This document shows, one piece after another, positions 12,355 through 25,862 of a stretch of 64,000 nt of DNA (position 1 is its first letter; each line of letters starts with the position of its first letter). Made by a program: the position numbers and the translations under genes. The stretch covers positions 1,612,001 through 1,676,000 of the forward strand of contig NC_135830.1 in NCBI RefSeq assembly GCF_964213995.1. The letters are read 5' to 3'. Below the pieces are notes generated by a model. That model saw only the letters and a list, made by a program, of their open reading frames with translations. It did not search any database and was not told where the DNA came from. Origin of the DNA: Mustelus asterias. Lineage: Eukaryota.

Positions 12355-13372
12355 GGTGTGCTGGATAGCTGCATTTGCCATGCTAAATTCTCCCTCAGTG
12401 TACTCGAACATGCGCTGGAGTGTGGCGACGAGGGGATTATCACAGGAACTCATTGCAGTGTTAATGCAAGCCTATTTGTGACACTAATAAATACACTTTA
12501 AAAACAACGAGTGCAATCGCATTTTTGAGATGATTCTAAGTGTCATGCAATTTCCCAGTTTAAGTTAGATATTGCGCACAATTACCCTACAAATCCTTCC
12601 CTGTAAAATTCCGAAGATTGCCTTGGGTTGCCTTCCAAAACAGCTCGGAAGCTGAGATGTTTTGCCCTTTTATTCAATGTGGATGGACATTGTCCTGCAA
12701 AGATACGTTCAGTGAGGGCGCATCCATTTCATTACAAAAACATATAAAATAGGAGCAGGAGTAGGAAATTCGGCCCGTCGAGCTTGCTCTGTCATCCAAC
12801 GTAATCAGCACAGTGGCACAGTGGTTAGTACTGCTGCCTCACAGCGCCAGGGACCTGGGTTCAATTCCCGCTAGGGTCACTCTCTGTGTGGAGTCTGCAC
12901 GATCTCCCCGTGCCTACTCCGGTTTCCTCCTACAGTGTGAAAGATGAGCTGGTTAGGTGCATTGGCATTGGTAAATTCTCTTTCTGTGTACCCGAACTGG
13001 CGCTGGAGTGTGGCGACGAGGGTATTTTTACAGTAACTTCACTGCAATGTTAATGTAAGCTTACTTGTGACACTAATAAATATACTTTATAAACAACGAT
13101 TTCAAATGCATTTTTGTGATGATTCCAAGTGTCACCCAATTCCCCAGGTTAAGTTAGCACTTGCGCACAATTACCCTGCAAATATTTACCTGCAAAAGGG
13201 TGCCTTGAGAAACCATCAGGAAGCTGAGAGGTTTTGTCCTTTTCATTCAATATGGAGGGATACTGTTCAGCAAAGTTAATTTCAGTGACGGCACATCCAT
13301 TTCATAAAGAAAAATACAAAATAGGAGCAGGAGTCGGACACTCCGCCCATCGAGCTTGCTCCATCATCCAAC
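12355..13372 (+). repeat. Old diverged direct duplication (units ~12355-12800 and ~12945-13372)
   Basis: Both units read SINE tail, then aaacaacga..gcatttttg.gatgatt..ttgcgcacaattaccct..ggaagctgaga..catccatttcat, then CR1 tail aaataggagcaggagt..cgagcttgct. Confidence 0.8.
12808..13090 (+). mobile_element. HE1-like V-SINE type 2
   Basis: Head plus type 2 tail ending gtgacactaataaa. Confidence 0.85.
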
Positions 13373-13889
13373 TTATTCGTTGCTGATACTATATCTGGGC
13401 ATCGTACTCCCATGTGCACCCCATACTCCGTGGCACCATATAAATCAACCTGTTTCCTTCTTCGATATATTCAGTTATTTCTCATCCACGGCCTTCTGTG
13501 CTAGATAATTCTACATGTTCACCAATCTTTCAGTCTGTGTGCACTTTGTTCAGGCATACAAACTTCCTCATCTCTCATGAGCACTTGCTGGATGGAGACC
13601 TAGTCCGGCGAGCACTGTGTGGTCATGCAATTCCAACACCTGCATGGAGTGTAAACAGTCATGCATTCTCACCCCCATATTCTTGATTCATCAGGCCCAC
13701 GTGCAGAATTCAGAAGGGCGCCTGCATAAAGTAGGTGGCATCGAAAGCTGACCACATTCCCCATGGTGGCGGGTAAAAACATCCTACATGACTGGGTGTG
13801 CTGGGCGGAACAGGAAGCCGCTACATGCAGCAAAGATGTTGTTTGTAGCCAGCTCTGTCTTAACAAGTCACAGCAATTGTTTTATTCCT

Positions 13890-13991
13890 TGATGTGGAGA
13901 TGCCAGTGTTGGACGGGTGTGGGCTGTTACAGAAGTCTCAGAACAATTCACCTGACTCACCTGATGAAAGCACGTGATCCAAATAAACCTG
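13890..13991. mobile_element. Penelope-like mini fold-back remnant
   Basis: gatgtggagatgcc... end plus inverted cacctgatgaaagc...aaataaacctgttg. 13-bp TSD ttgttttattcct at 13877-13889 and 13992-14004. Confidence 0.7.
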
Positions 13992-14739
13992 TTGTTTTAT
14001 TCCTCCATATAGGTAGGCATCAGAAGAAGTATTCAGGAGCTGAAGATTTACAACACATTGCAATTGCCCACAGGAAGTTTGCAAGCCCGGGCAGCTGCGA
14101 ATACATAAATGCGAATTTCCCAGAAGGATTTTTCCCCGCAAATGCAATGATACCCAATGCAATGCTGGGAGCCCTTAAGTTATCGCCCAATTCAACTGTA
14201 TTCAATTCGCCTTGAGAATAAGGCCAACACTCCATTTAGTTCCAAGTTGTCAGCTGCCTGACCATGTTCGCTTTAAGTGACTCATGAACAAGGATATATA
14301 GGTCCCTTTGGGCACAGCCACTTCCCAAATTTCTCACTATTTAAAAGATACCTAAACTTTCCGTTTTGTTTTGTATTAATGCTGATAACTTCACGCTCAT
14401 TGGGAGAATATATCATCACCCAAATGAGTCATTTAGACTGCCCAAATCCACTTGAAGCTCCGTTGCATCCCACTCAATGTAAATTCCTAACTCAGAGCTC
14501 AGTGTTTCTGCTCTCAATCTCTACAGTTAAGGTTCCAGCGCCTTGCGTCATCAATATTCGCTGATATTTATGGCTCTAATTTAATGAACTGTGAGGTGGG
14601 GTGGGGGGGGGGGATTCTTCTGCTATCAACATCGGACAAGGTGTCGGATGTTTACACCTACACCACTTTCTGCAGAATGACAGAGGCTCATAACTGGTTA
14701 TAACTTTCATAACCAATGCCGATGTTTACTACGCCTTCA

Positions 14740-15575
14740 TCTACAAGATGATATAGATGTAATGGTCAAATCGGCAGATAAGTGGCCAATGGAATTTAAC
14801 ACTGAAAAGTGTCAGGTGGTAGGAGTAATTTGACAAGAAAGTACTCAATGAATGGTCGGACACAAGGAAGTTCTGTGGTACAAAAGCACCTTGGCGTCTT
14901 TGTCCAGTGATCACTGAAAGCGGAAGGGCATGTTAGTCGGTGGTGAAACAGTCATTTGGGACACTTATCCTTATCAATCGAGGCATAGATTGCAAAAGCA
15001 GGGAATTCATGTTGGAGTTCTACAAATCTTTGGTGAGGCCACAGCTCGAGTTCTGTGTATAGTTCGAGTCTCAAAATTATAGGAAGAAAGTGATTGGGCT
15101 GGAGGGGGTGGAAAGGAAATTCACCAGGATGTTGCCTGGGATGGACCACTTAAGTTATGAAGAGAGGTTGGATAGGCTTGGTTGTTTTCGTTGAAGCAGA
15201 GAAGACAAATGGGCGACCTGGTCGAGATATGTAAGATTTCAAGGGACATGGACAGACCGAATAAGGAGCAGCTGTTCCCCTTAGTTGAAGGGGCAATTTC
15301 GAGAGCACATAGGTTCAAGGTGAGGGGCAGGAGGTTCAGGGGTGAGATAAAGAACATTTTTACCCAGAGGGTGGTGACCGTCTGGAATACGCTGTCTGGG
15401 ACGGTGACAGAGATGTGTTGCCTCACATCCGTTCAAAAGCACCTGGATGAGCATTTGGCACATCATAACATTCAAGGCTATGTTCTGGTAAATTGGAATA
15501 GGTGGGAATTCAGGTGTTTCTAATGTGTCGGTGCAGACTCGACGGGCCGTAGGGCCTCTTTTGCACTGTATTATT
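14740..15575 (+). mobile_element. CR1-type LINE 3' fragment (degraded)
   Basis: RAHRFKVRG...FTQRVVTVWN. Confidence 0.8.
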
Positions 15576-16019
15576 TTATCCAGTGCAAGATAAAGTTAAT
15601 AATTTATCCCGCCAGAGGAGAGCAACCTGGAATAAAGGATGGATGTTTGGGGCCAGGGAGGTGTTTCTTCGCAGCAAACCGCATCAACTTACTTTGCTTA
15701 TGTTTCTGATGGACACTGAAGATGTTCGAGGTATACCTGCATGATATAGAATGCGAATAGCTGCTGTATTAAGCTATTTGTTACAATAAAAGGTCAAACC
15801 AACTCATTGCCTTTCTAGAGCTTGGATAGAGGGATTCTTGTGGGCGCATACTCTGCAAAAGGCTAATTATCCATTCACCTCTGTCTCTGTTCGAGGACAT
15901 TTTCAAGCAGATTGAATGCAGAGATCTTGAAAACTAAATATTTTTTACAATAGTTCATTAAATGGAACAACTTTGAATCCTCAGAAATAAATCTTTGGGT
16001 AAGCAGAACGGAGGGCAAC

Positions 16020-17205
16020 CGTGTTCAATATATATGACCAGTGGACGTGATTTATTTAGATTTCCAGAAGGCACTTGGCAAGGTGCCGAATAGGAGACTG
16101 TTAAATCAGTTAAGTGCCCATGTTGTAAACGGTATGATCCTGGCATGGATAGAGGATTGGCTGACTGGCAGAAGGCAGAGAGTGAGGACAAAGGGGTCTT
16201 TTTGAGGATGGCAGCCGGTGACTAGTGGTGTGCCTCAGGGTCAGTGCTGGGACGACAACGTTTAACCGTATACATTAACGATTTGGAGGAAGGAACTGAA
16301 GGCAATGGTACTAAGTTTGCAGATGATACAAAGGTATGCAGAGGGATAGGTGGTATTGAGGAAGCAGGTTAGGAGAGTGGGTAAAGAAGTGGTAGATGGA
16401 ATACAATGTGGAAAAGTGTGAGGTTATGCACAATGGAAGGAGGAATTAGGTTTAGACTATTTTTTAAATGGGAACATGCTTAGGAAATCAGAAAAAAACA
16501 GGGACTTGGAAGCCATTGTTCAAGATTCTGTTAAGTTTAACGTGCAGGTTCAGTCGGCAGTTAGGAAGGCAAATGCAATGTTAGCATTCATGAAGAGAGT
16601 GCTCGAATACAAGAGGAGGGATGTACTTCTGAGGCTGTATAAGGTTCTGGTCAGACCCCATTGGACTATGTGAGCAGCTTTGGGCCCTATATCTAAGGAA
16701 GGATGTGCTGGCTTTGGAAATGTTCCAGAGGAGGTTCACAGGAATGATCACTGGAATGAAGAGCTTGTCGTATGAGGAACGGTTGAGGACTCTAGGTCTG
16801 TACTCGTTGGCGTTTAGAAGGATGAAGGGGGATCTTATTGAAACTTACTGAACATTGCGAGGCCTGGATAGAGTGGACGTGGAGAGGATATTTTGCCTAG
16901 TAGGAAAAACTAGAACCAGAGGGCACAACCACAAGCTAAAGGGACGATCCTTTAAAACAGAGATGAGGAGGAATTTCTTCAGCCAGAGAGTGGTGAATCT
17001 GTGGAACTCTTTGCCGCAGAAGGCTGTGGAGGTCAGGTCATTGAGTGTCTTGAAGATATAGATCGGTTCTTGATTAATAAGGGGATCAGATGTGATGGGG
17101 AAAAGGTAGGAGATTGGGGATGAGAAAAATATCAGCCATGATTGTATGGCGGAGCAGACTCAATTGGCCGAGTGGCCTAATTCTGCTCCTATGCCTTATG
17201 GTCTT
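16020..17205 (+). mobile_element. CR1-type LINE RT fragment
   Basis: agtggtgtgcctcaggg, aagtttgcagatgatacaaag, TRGHNHKL, FFSQRVVNLWN. Confidence 0.88.
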
Positions 17206-17529
17206 CTGCTCTTATATAAACCTTGCTTCAATGTCAATGCATTTAGCTCACTCAAACTTTAATCAGGATAATGTTAACATTGAAGATCCGATTTTAATGC
17301 AGTTCATGCCATGGCTTTTCGAGATCTAATATCTCTTTGGTTGACCTCCCTCTTTCATAGAATCATAGAATCCCCGAAGTGCAGAAGGAGGTCATTCGGC
17401 CCATCGAGTCTGCACCGACCACAATCCCACCCAGGCCCTATTCCCGTAACACTACAGATTTACCCTACTAATCCCCCTGAAACCCGGGTCAATTTAGCAT
17501 GGACTATCAACCTAAGCTGCAAATCTTTT

Positions 17530-17885
17530 CATTCACCATCTACATTTCCGCTGCCTCGGAAAAGTAGCCAGGATAATCAAGGACCCCACGCAGCCCAGAC
17601 ATACCCTCTTCCACCTTCTTCCGTGGGAAAAAGATGCAAAAGTCTGAGGTCAGGCTCCAACGGACTCAAAAACAGCTTCTTCCCAGCAGCCATTAGACTT
17701 TTGAATGGACCTAGCTGACATTCAGTTGATCTTTCTCTACACCCTAACTATGACTGGAACATTACATTCTGCACTTTCACCTTTCCTTCCCTGTGTATGT
17801 TATGTTTTGTCTGTTTTGCGTGCAAGAATCAATGCTTTTCACTGTATACTAATAAATGTGACAATATTAAATCAAATCAAATCAA
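17530..17885 (+). mobile_element. Rex1/Babar-like non-LTR 3' end
   Basis: Encodes NSFFPAAIRLLN; (aatca)n tail. A second copy lies at 59985-60197 on the minus strand. Confidence 0.6.
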
Positions 17886-18496
17886 AAACCACTATCTGCT
17901 TTCACCAGGCAGGCAGACTTTCTAAGGAAGCACCAGGGCAACGTTAACCAATTGTAGACGACCACAAGGCAACTTGCATTTGCAATGTTGACCAGGCTAG
18001 CTGGTTTGTCGGTCTTCTAGAGAAGGTTGCCTTCGGATATCATACGGGGAATCGATGAAAACACAGCCGTTATGTGTGTGGACCTCCTCGGTGTAGGCCA
18101 AGGAAAAGCTTGCAATGTTTGTATATTGGCTGGCGACTGCTTGGGAGATGGATCATGAATGCGACTCAGGTGCATTTCCCGAGAACACTCAGCATCCCTG
18201 CCCCGGGTTCCAATTCAGTGGTGATCATGGAAAACATGAAATTGGTGGTGCTGGTGAGTCCATCCGCAGCACTTCTGCAACTCTCCACCCGTTTGAGACC
18301 CTCTTCCAAGCGGCATTCTTATCCAAAATGCAAATTCAAGAAAGTATAAATTATTCTGTATTACCACATAGGACTGTTGTTTAAATTGTTCCAGTTTAAC
18401 TTCCAGTTCTAGTGTCCGTTTTGATTTGGGAGTTGTATTTCCCCATCAGCCTCGAAAGTTCTTGAGGGACAGTTAGAGATGGTCAGTTTAAGAGTT

Positions 18497-18795
18497 GGCG
18501 ACCTCGCAGCGCCAGGGACCCGGGTTCAATTCTGGCCTCGTGTGAATGTTTGTGTGGAGTCTGCAGGTTCTCCCCGTGTCAGGGTGAGTTTCATCCAGGT
18601 GCTTCGGTTTCCTCCCAAAGTCCAAAGATGTGCGTGTTAGGTGGATTGGCCATGATAAATTGCTCCTCAGTGTTAGGGGACTAGCATTGTAAATGCGTGG
18701 GGTGATGGGGATAGGACCTGGGTGGAGTTGCTGTCGGTGCAGCCTCCATGGGCTGAATGGCCTCCTCCTGCACTGTAGTAATTCCATGATTCCAT
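18497..18795 (+). mobile_element. HE1-like V-SINE type 1
   Basis: V-domain plus CR1-type tail. Confidence 0.82.
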
Positions 18796-19324
18796 GGAAT
18801 GATGAGTCAAGCCGATAAGATTCATGTCATGAGATATTTTGGATTCTTTTTACAATGCCAATCACCTCGCACTTCCTTACATCATACTCCATTCACCGAC
18901 TTCCTTCTTTACTTAATCTGTCTATGTTTCTTTACTCCATGTCATTGTCCACTTCACATTTTATGCAAACACATGCAGTCAAATGAATTCGTAGAAAGGT
19001 AGGCCATTCGGCGCCTTGATTCTCTCCCGCCAACAGTAACACCATGGGTGACTATTCTGTGGGCTCTACTTTCATGCCTACCTCTTGTACACTTGGAATC
19101 CATTTGTCAAGCAACAATCAATTTATATCACGCTTAAATTGTTCAATGGCCCTCTATGCATTCCCAACTGGGGAAAACAATCAAACGGACTAATGGTCAT
19201 CTGAGAGAGCACACACCTGTATTTATCGGTATTAAATGGGAGAACTATTATTTGGAAGGAGTATCCACTCGTTGTAGCATCATTCACAAGGGCAGACATC
19301 CTTTCAGCATTCGCCATGTTGAAG

Positions 19325-19625
19325 CTTATTTATTAATGTCACAGGTAAGTTAACATTAACACTGCAATGAAGTTACTGTGAAAATTCCCTCGTCGCCATA
19401 CTCCGGTAACTTGTCGGGTACACTGCGGAAGGAGTTAGCATGGCCAATGCACCTAACCAACCCGACTAAAGACTGTGGAAGGAATCCGGAGCCCCCGGAG
19501 GAAATCCACGTAGACATGGGGAGAACGTGCAGACTCCGGACAGACAGTGACCCAAGCTGGGAATGGAAACCCGGTCGCTGGCGCTGTGAGGCAGCAATGC
19601 TAACCATTGTGCCACCGTGCTGCCC
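19325..19625 (-). mobile_element. HE1-like V-SINE type 2
   Basis: Head plus type 2 tail. Confidence 0.85.
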
Positions 19626-19892
19626 AGGTCAGCTCAGAACGTTACATCACCAAATATAATCATCTCTGATTATTGTAAACCCCAATAACAGCATATCCAA
19701 CCTGTCAACATATTCCACATCTCTATCACAGAAAAGAGTCGAATAAGCCTCGTCCAAACTGCTTTCAATACAATCATTCATTATTCTTATATTAGGAGGC
19801 GGGAAGCGTTCACAATACTTCAGGGGTGGTCTCACCAGCAGTGGAGAAATATTCAACTTGACATTGAATTCACCTTGCAATTAACAACAACG

Positions 19893-20185
19893 TTAGCGCT
19901 GCTGCCTCACAGTGCCAGCGACCCGGGTTCAATTCCCGGCTTGGGTCACTGTCTGTGTGGAATTTGTACATTCTCCCTGCGTCTGCGTAGGTTTGCTCTG
20001 GGTGCTCCGGTTTCCTCCCATGGTCCAAAGATATGCGACTAAGGTGGAATTGCCATGTTAAATTGCCCGTTGGTCTCAGGGGGATTGGCTACGATAAATA
20101 CATGTGGTTCTGGGGATGGGCCTGTGTGGGGTTGTGGTTAGTGCAGTCTCGATGGACCGAATGGCCTCCTTCCGAACTGTAGCAT
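19893..20185 (+). mobile_element. HE1-like V-SINE type 1
   Basis: Head, V-domain and tail. Confidence 0.82.
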
Positions 20186-21169
20186 GCCATGTTCCATTTG
20201 CCTTCATCATACTTCCTGTATATGCAGGCTTACGTCCAGTGATTCATGCATTATAATATTATGATCCAATTCTGCTGCAGTGTTCTTCAATGTCTCAGTT
20301 TCTCAGCACATTATATTCGATGTACTCGCCTGTCTCTTACCAATCGACTCAGTAAATATACATTGGTTCGCCATATTCAAGTATTTGATACAGTTTGTAA
20401 ATAGTTGAGAACGCAGCACCGATCCCTGTGGTACTCCAGTCATTCCATTATACCAACTTGAAAATAATCAATTAATCTTTCTGTTTCCTGTCAGGGCAAG
20501 AATTATCCATGCATACTAACGTCTCCATTAAAGCATGAGCTCTGATTTTCTGTTGTAACCTTTAATGTTGCACTTTGCCAATTGCTTTGTGGAAATACAG
20601 GTACATTGCATCTACAGATTACAGTTTAGTTGCAATTTTCAAGTAACTGATTCTAATTGTGCTGTCATAGTAAGAGGTGGAATCATGCATTTCAGATATC
20701 TATGTAAGACTAATAGTTGTTTCACGTAACCACCAAGCTAACGTAAACCGGTTTCTACCCTCTGTCTCCTGGTGGAAAGGAATGTGTGCTTCCAAACCAG
20801 CTGAAGAAAGTTTCGGTCTTGCTGTGACTTTACCGTGATATAAGGGCTTTAAGGCAGTGGAACTGTGATTTCTCATTGACTCCTTTAGAAATAGATATGA
20901 GCATATTCCATTGATTAACATCAGCAGAATGCCCTTTAAGATATTGATATTTACATCCTGTACAGCCATTTGCAATAAATAACCGAAGGGGCTGCAGTGA
21001 TTGTCACCTCTCCTAATCCTTGTACTGTGGCAGAAAATGAAAATTCCTAATTCATCAATAGGCAGTGATTGGTTTATTGAAATGTTTTCCATTTCATATG
21101 GAATTCTGTCATATTCGTTTCAATATGGCTAAATGTGAGGTGCAACTTTTCGTTGGCAGAATAAGTTTA

Positions 21170-21430
21170 AAAGTTTTTAGGCTTACCACAATGAGGTCAC
21201 TATGAAAATTCCCTAATCGCAACACTCCAGCGCTTGAGGGAGAATTTACCATGACCAATACAACTAAGTAGCACATCTTTCGGATTGTGGGAGAAAACCA
21301 GAAGACCCAGAGGAAAACCACGAGACACAGGGAGAATGTAAACATTCCACAGAGACAGTGACCCAAGCTGGATATTGAATCCAGGTCACTTTCGGGTCAG
21401 GCAGCAGTGCTAACCACTGTGCCACCATGC
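21170..21430 (-). mobile_element. HE1-like V-SINE type 2
   Basis: Diverged head plus type 2 tail. Confidence 0.78.
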
Positions 21431-22839
21431 AGTGGTACTGTTGCAAAATTGCGTGGATAATAATTATTTGAAAAGGGAACATTAATATTTAGGGATTGAG
21501 ACAAACAAAACATTAATATTAACTGCAGATTGGTAAGCCCATGGCAGAGCAAGCAAATGCATTTACACCCTGAGCAACTGAGAAGCAGACACGTTGTGTT
21601 ACAATCGTAACAGATTTGGCAAACTGACACTGAAAAGACCTGCTGCCCACATTATATGCAAAACAACGTATTTATATCGGTACTGGAAGATGTGATTCGT
21701 CAGTATTATGTTTGAAAAGAGAGGGAGAACTCAAAGTGGTGTGAAACTGAGGAATTCTGTACCGTTTACAGCTATTGGGGCTAGATCGTTTGATATGTTG
21801 AAGAGGGAACTGGGCGTGGCCCTTGCGGCTAAAGGGATGAAGGGGTATGGAGAGAAGACAGAAATGAGATACTGGAAGTGCATGATCAGTCATGGTCATA
21901 TTGAATGGTGGTGCAAGCTGGAAGGTCCGAACGGCCCACTCCTTACATGTTTCTATGTAACTAAGATGAAGTACTTATCAGCAAAACGTGAAAAGGCTAT
22001 GGTTGTTCACTCCACTAAATACAATGTGGATCGGCCACTGAAATAAGTTTTAAAGGTTAGTTAATTTATTTATAGGTGAATGAAGAATAAAATGTTTCCA
22101 CTTGTGGGATATCAGAACCATGGGGCATCACTATAAGATCATCAATGATGTATTGATAGAAATTCAAGGACAATCTCTTCGCACAAAGTATGTGTACTTC
22201 ATTTGGACCAGGAGTTTTCTTTTAACAGAAAATCATATAAGGTTTGAAGGAAAAGTTCGGCAAGATTTTAGAAATATTCATAATAGCAGGTCATGTTACT
22301 CAAATGACTACTAAAGCACACAGGATTCTGGGTTTTAAAAGTAAAGAGTAAAATTATAAAATCAAAGATGTCAAGGTGAAACTTTATAAAAATTGGTCTG
22401 GGCACAACTGCAGTATTTGGCAAAAATCTTTAGGAAGAATGCTTCAGAGAGGGAGTAGAGAAATTTACAATGATGGTTGAAGGAAAGAGGGACGTCCGTT
22501 AAGGCTATTGATGAACAATTCTCCCTAAAGAAGGAAAATGTTGTATGGAGATATTGAACACAACGTGTCTGCAGTTATGCAGCAGTTGTTCCCTGTTGCA
22601 TCACGAACCAGAACTCACCGAATTGAGGTGAATGACAAAGGAACGTAACGCAATAAGGAAAAGCAAGTGGGTAGGATCTGCAATGCACTGGCTGAAAATG
22701 TAATGAAGGTAAATTCAATCGTCCTTCACCAGGATGTCCATTAAGTATTTGAAGATACAAAAAATGCATGGTTGCGACGTAAAGCCAGGCTGATATTCTC
22801 TTGAAAACAGTGGTCGCGGATGAGCTGAATGTCCTCCTA

Positions 22840-23097
22840 TGCTTACATTCACAGTGCAATGAAGTTACTGTGAAAATGCCCGAGTCACCATACTCCGGTG
22901 CCTGTTTGGGTATACTGAGGGAGAATTTAGCATCGCCAGTTCACTTGACCTGTACATCTTTGGACTATGGGGGTAAACCCACGCAGCCAGTGGGATAAAC
23001 TACAAATTCAACACTGACAGTGTCCCAAACTGGGAATCGAACCCAGGTCCCTGGTGCTGTGAGGCAGCAGTGCTAACATTGTGCCAGCGTGCCGCCA
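22840..23097 (-). mobile_element. HE1-like V-SINE type 2
   Basis: Head plus type 2 tail. Confidence 0.8.
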
Positions 23098-23223
23098 ATT
23101 ATATACTTCTATAACCTAAATAAGTAAGTAAAAAATGTTCCTATCAAGAGGCGGCTGGATATTGCACTTGGGGCGAATGAAATCAAAGGTTAAGGGGGAA
23201 AAGCAGGATTAAGCTATTGAGTT

Positions 23224-24405
23224 TAGTAAGGCATTTGACAAAGTCAAAGGCATTCAGTAAGGCATTTGACAAAGTCCCACAAGGCAGGTTGGTTAAGAAG
23301 GTTAAGGCTCATGGGATACAAGGAGAAGTGGCTAGATGAGTGGAGAACTGGCTTGGCCATAGGAGACAGAGGGTAGTGGTCGAATGGTCTTTTTCCGGCT
23401 GGAGGTCTGTGACCAGTGGTGTTCCGCAGGGCTCTGTACTGGGACCTCTGCTATTTGTGATATATATAAATGATTTGGAAGAAGGTGTAACTGGTGTAAT
23501 CAGCAAGTTTGCGGATGACACGAAGATGGCTGGACTTGCGGATAGCGAAGAGCATTGTCGGGCAATACAGCAGGATATAGATAGGCTGGAAAATTGGGTG
23601 GAGAGGTGGCAGATGGAGTTTAATCCGGATAAATGCGAAGTGATGCATTTTGGAAGAAATAATGTAGGGAGGAGTTATACAATAAATGGCAGAGTCATCA
23701 GGAGTATAGAAACACAGAGGGACCTAGGTGTGCAAGTCCACAAATCCTTGAAGGTGGCAACACAGGTGGAGAAGGTGGTGAAGAAGGCATATGGTATGCT
23801 TGCCTTTATAGGACGGGGTATAGAGTATAAAAGCTGGAGTCTGATGATGCAGCTGTATAGAACGCTGGTTAGGCCACATTTGGAGTACTGCGTCCAGTTC
23901 TGGTCGCCGCACTACCAGAAGGACGTGGAGGCGTTAGAGAGAGTGCAGAGAAGGTTTACCAGAATGTTGCCTGGTATGGAGGGTCTTAGCTATGAGGAGA
24001 GATTGGGTAGACTGGGGTTGTTCTCCTTGGAAAGACGGAGAATGAGGGGAGATCTAATAGAGGTGAACAAGATTATGAAGGGTATAGATAGGGTGAACAG
24101 TGGGAAGCTTTGTCCCAGGTCGGAGGTGACGATCACGAGGGGTCACGGGCTCAAGGTGAGAGGGGCGAAGTATAACTCAGATATCAGAGGGATTTTTTTA
24201 CACAGAGGGTGGTGGGGGCCTGGAATGCGCTGCCAAGTAGGGTGGTGGAGGCAGGCACGCTGACATCGTTTAAGACTTACCTGGATAGACACATGAGCAG
24301 CCTGGGAATGGAGGGATACAAACGATTGGTCTAGTTGGACCAAGGAGCGGCACAGGCTTGGAGGGCCGAAGGGCCTGTTTCCTGTGCTGTACTGTTCTTT
24401 GTTCT
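23224..24405 (+). mobile_element. Young 5'-truncated CR1-type LINE (RT ORF 23340-24263)
   Basis: 307-aa ORF with SGVPQGSVLGP and KFADDTK; (gttcttt)n tail. TSD-like ttgagtt; inserted into an older CR1 tail (23140-23223 and 24406-24510). Confidence 0.93.
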
Positions 24406-24919
24406 TTGAGTTGGATGATCAGCCACAATCGTTATTAATGGCGGAGCAGGCTCGAAGGGCCAAATGGCCTCCTCCTGCTCCTATCTTCTATGTTTCAATG
24501 TATCTATGTAAATTGACAGCAGAGTTAGAGAAAAATCAGTGACTGTGCTGTGGAACAACTTTGACATCGACCTCTTGAGCTGCAAGGCAGAATTGTGTTG
24601 TGCCTTTTGTGCTACAAAATCTATCCATTTCCAGCTCTTTAACTATGCATAGAGCCAATACTCTGTTTCACCATGTCAAATGAATTGCATTCGCTTGTGA
24701 GCATATAATTGCTTTGGTTTTATTTTTGTCTGGATGTTTGCATGAGATTTTAATCATGGTCTTCTTCAGGAAATGCCCTCACCAAAGTAAATTATTTGTT
24801 CAATTTTCTGTTACTAACATGCGCACGGGGCTACCTAAGTATATCGCCACTGATAAATAAGAGATCGTGTCTGTCACAGTGCACACATTGGAAACATCTC
24901 AGATAAACAGACAGAGAAA

Positions 24920-24989
24920 ATGCACTCGCCAGCAAATGGTCCTTTATAAGTCATTTACTACCCTGTCTTTACAGCGATTGGAGTTCCAG
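24920..24989 (+). pseudogene. GPR139-like orphan exon 1 (gene B) with in-frame stop
   Basis: 70 nt, MHSPANGPL*VIYYPVFTAIGVP, donor CCAG|GTGAG. Same length and phase as gene A exon 1. TAA at 24947-24949. No matching exon 2 seen before the next exon 1. Confidence 0.8.
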
Positions 24990-25227
24990 GTGAGATTATG
25001 AAGGCAACTCTGCAGGTGATTGGTGAGCTCTCTGTGCAGGATTATTCGGAATGTGTTTTCTAAATGAATGCTTTTGGCATGTTTACTTTTTCAATGAACT
25101 AACTTTCTACTATTGATGCTGTTTTATTATTTTTTATTGTTTGGTTTACCAAAAAAAACGTTCCCCCAGAGCGGCACTATCTGCACCTTTAACATGTTTA
25201 TCTGTATGGTTGCCATATGCTATATAT

Positions 25228-25475
25228 GTACTGCTGCCTCACAGTGCCAGGGACCGAGTTCGATTCCCGGCTTGGATCACTGACTGTGTGGAGTCTGCAC
25301 GTTCTCCCCATGTCTGCATGGGCTTCCTCCGTATTCCTGTTTCCTCCCACAGTCCAAAAGACGTCCTGGTTAGGTGCAGTGGCCATGCTAAAATCCTCCC
25401 TCAGTGTACCCGAATAGGTGCTGGAGTGTGATAATTAGGGGAATTTCCTAGTAACTTCATTGCAGTGCTGATGTA
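25228..25475 (+). mobile_element. HE1-like V-SINE type 2 (5'-clipped)
   Basis: V-domain plus type 2 tail. Confidence 0.8.
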
Positions 25476-25862
25476 TATCAGTCACCATCTATGTGAGGAA
25501 ACATAGCCCCAAAACGGAATCTATAACAATCCTTCAAGCCTGACGCAGAACAAATCATTCGTCTCAAGCAGGTATTGCGTAACAATATTGCAACCTTTTC
25601 TAAGTATTGACAGAGTGGGACAGATCCATTCTGACACTGAGCTGACGATAATAGTTTGAGCCTTCTGAATACTGACTGTGACACAACACGGATCTAAAAG
25701 CGACTTGATCAAATTAATTTCACCCTGTGTAAATACTGACATATTTAACATGGTGCAGGTTAAACATAGATTGAAGTTACTACTTTAATCTAGCCGAAAG
25801 TCTGTGAATGTGTGGGTGGGGCGTGGAAACAATTTTGTTCTGACAAGGAGCTGACAATACAA

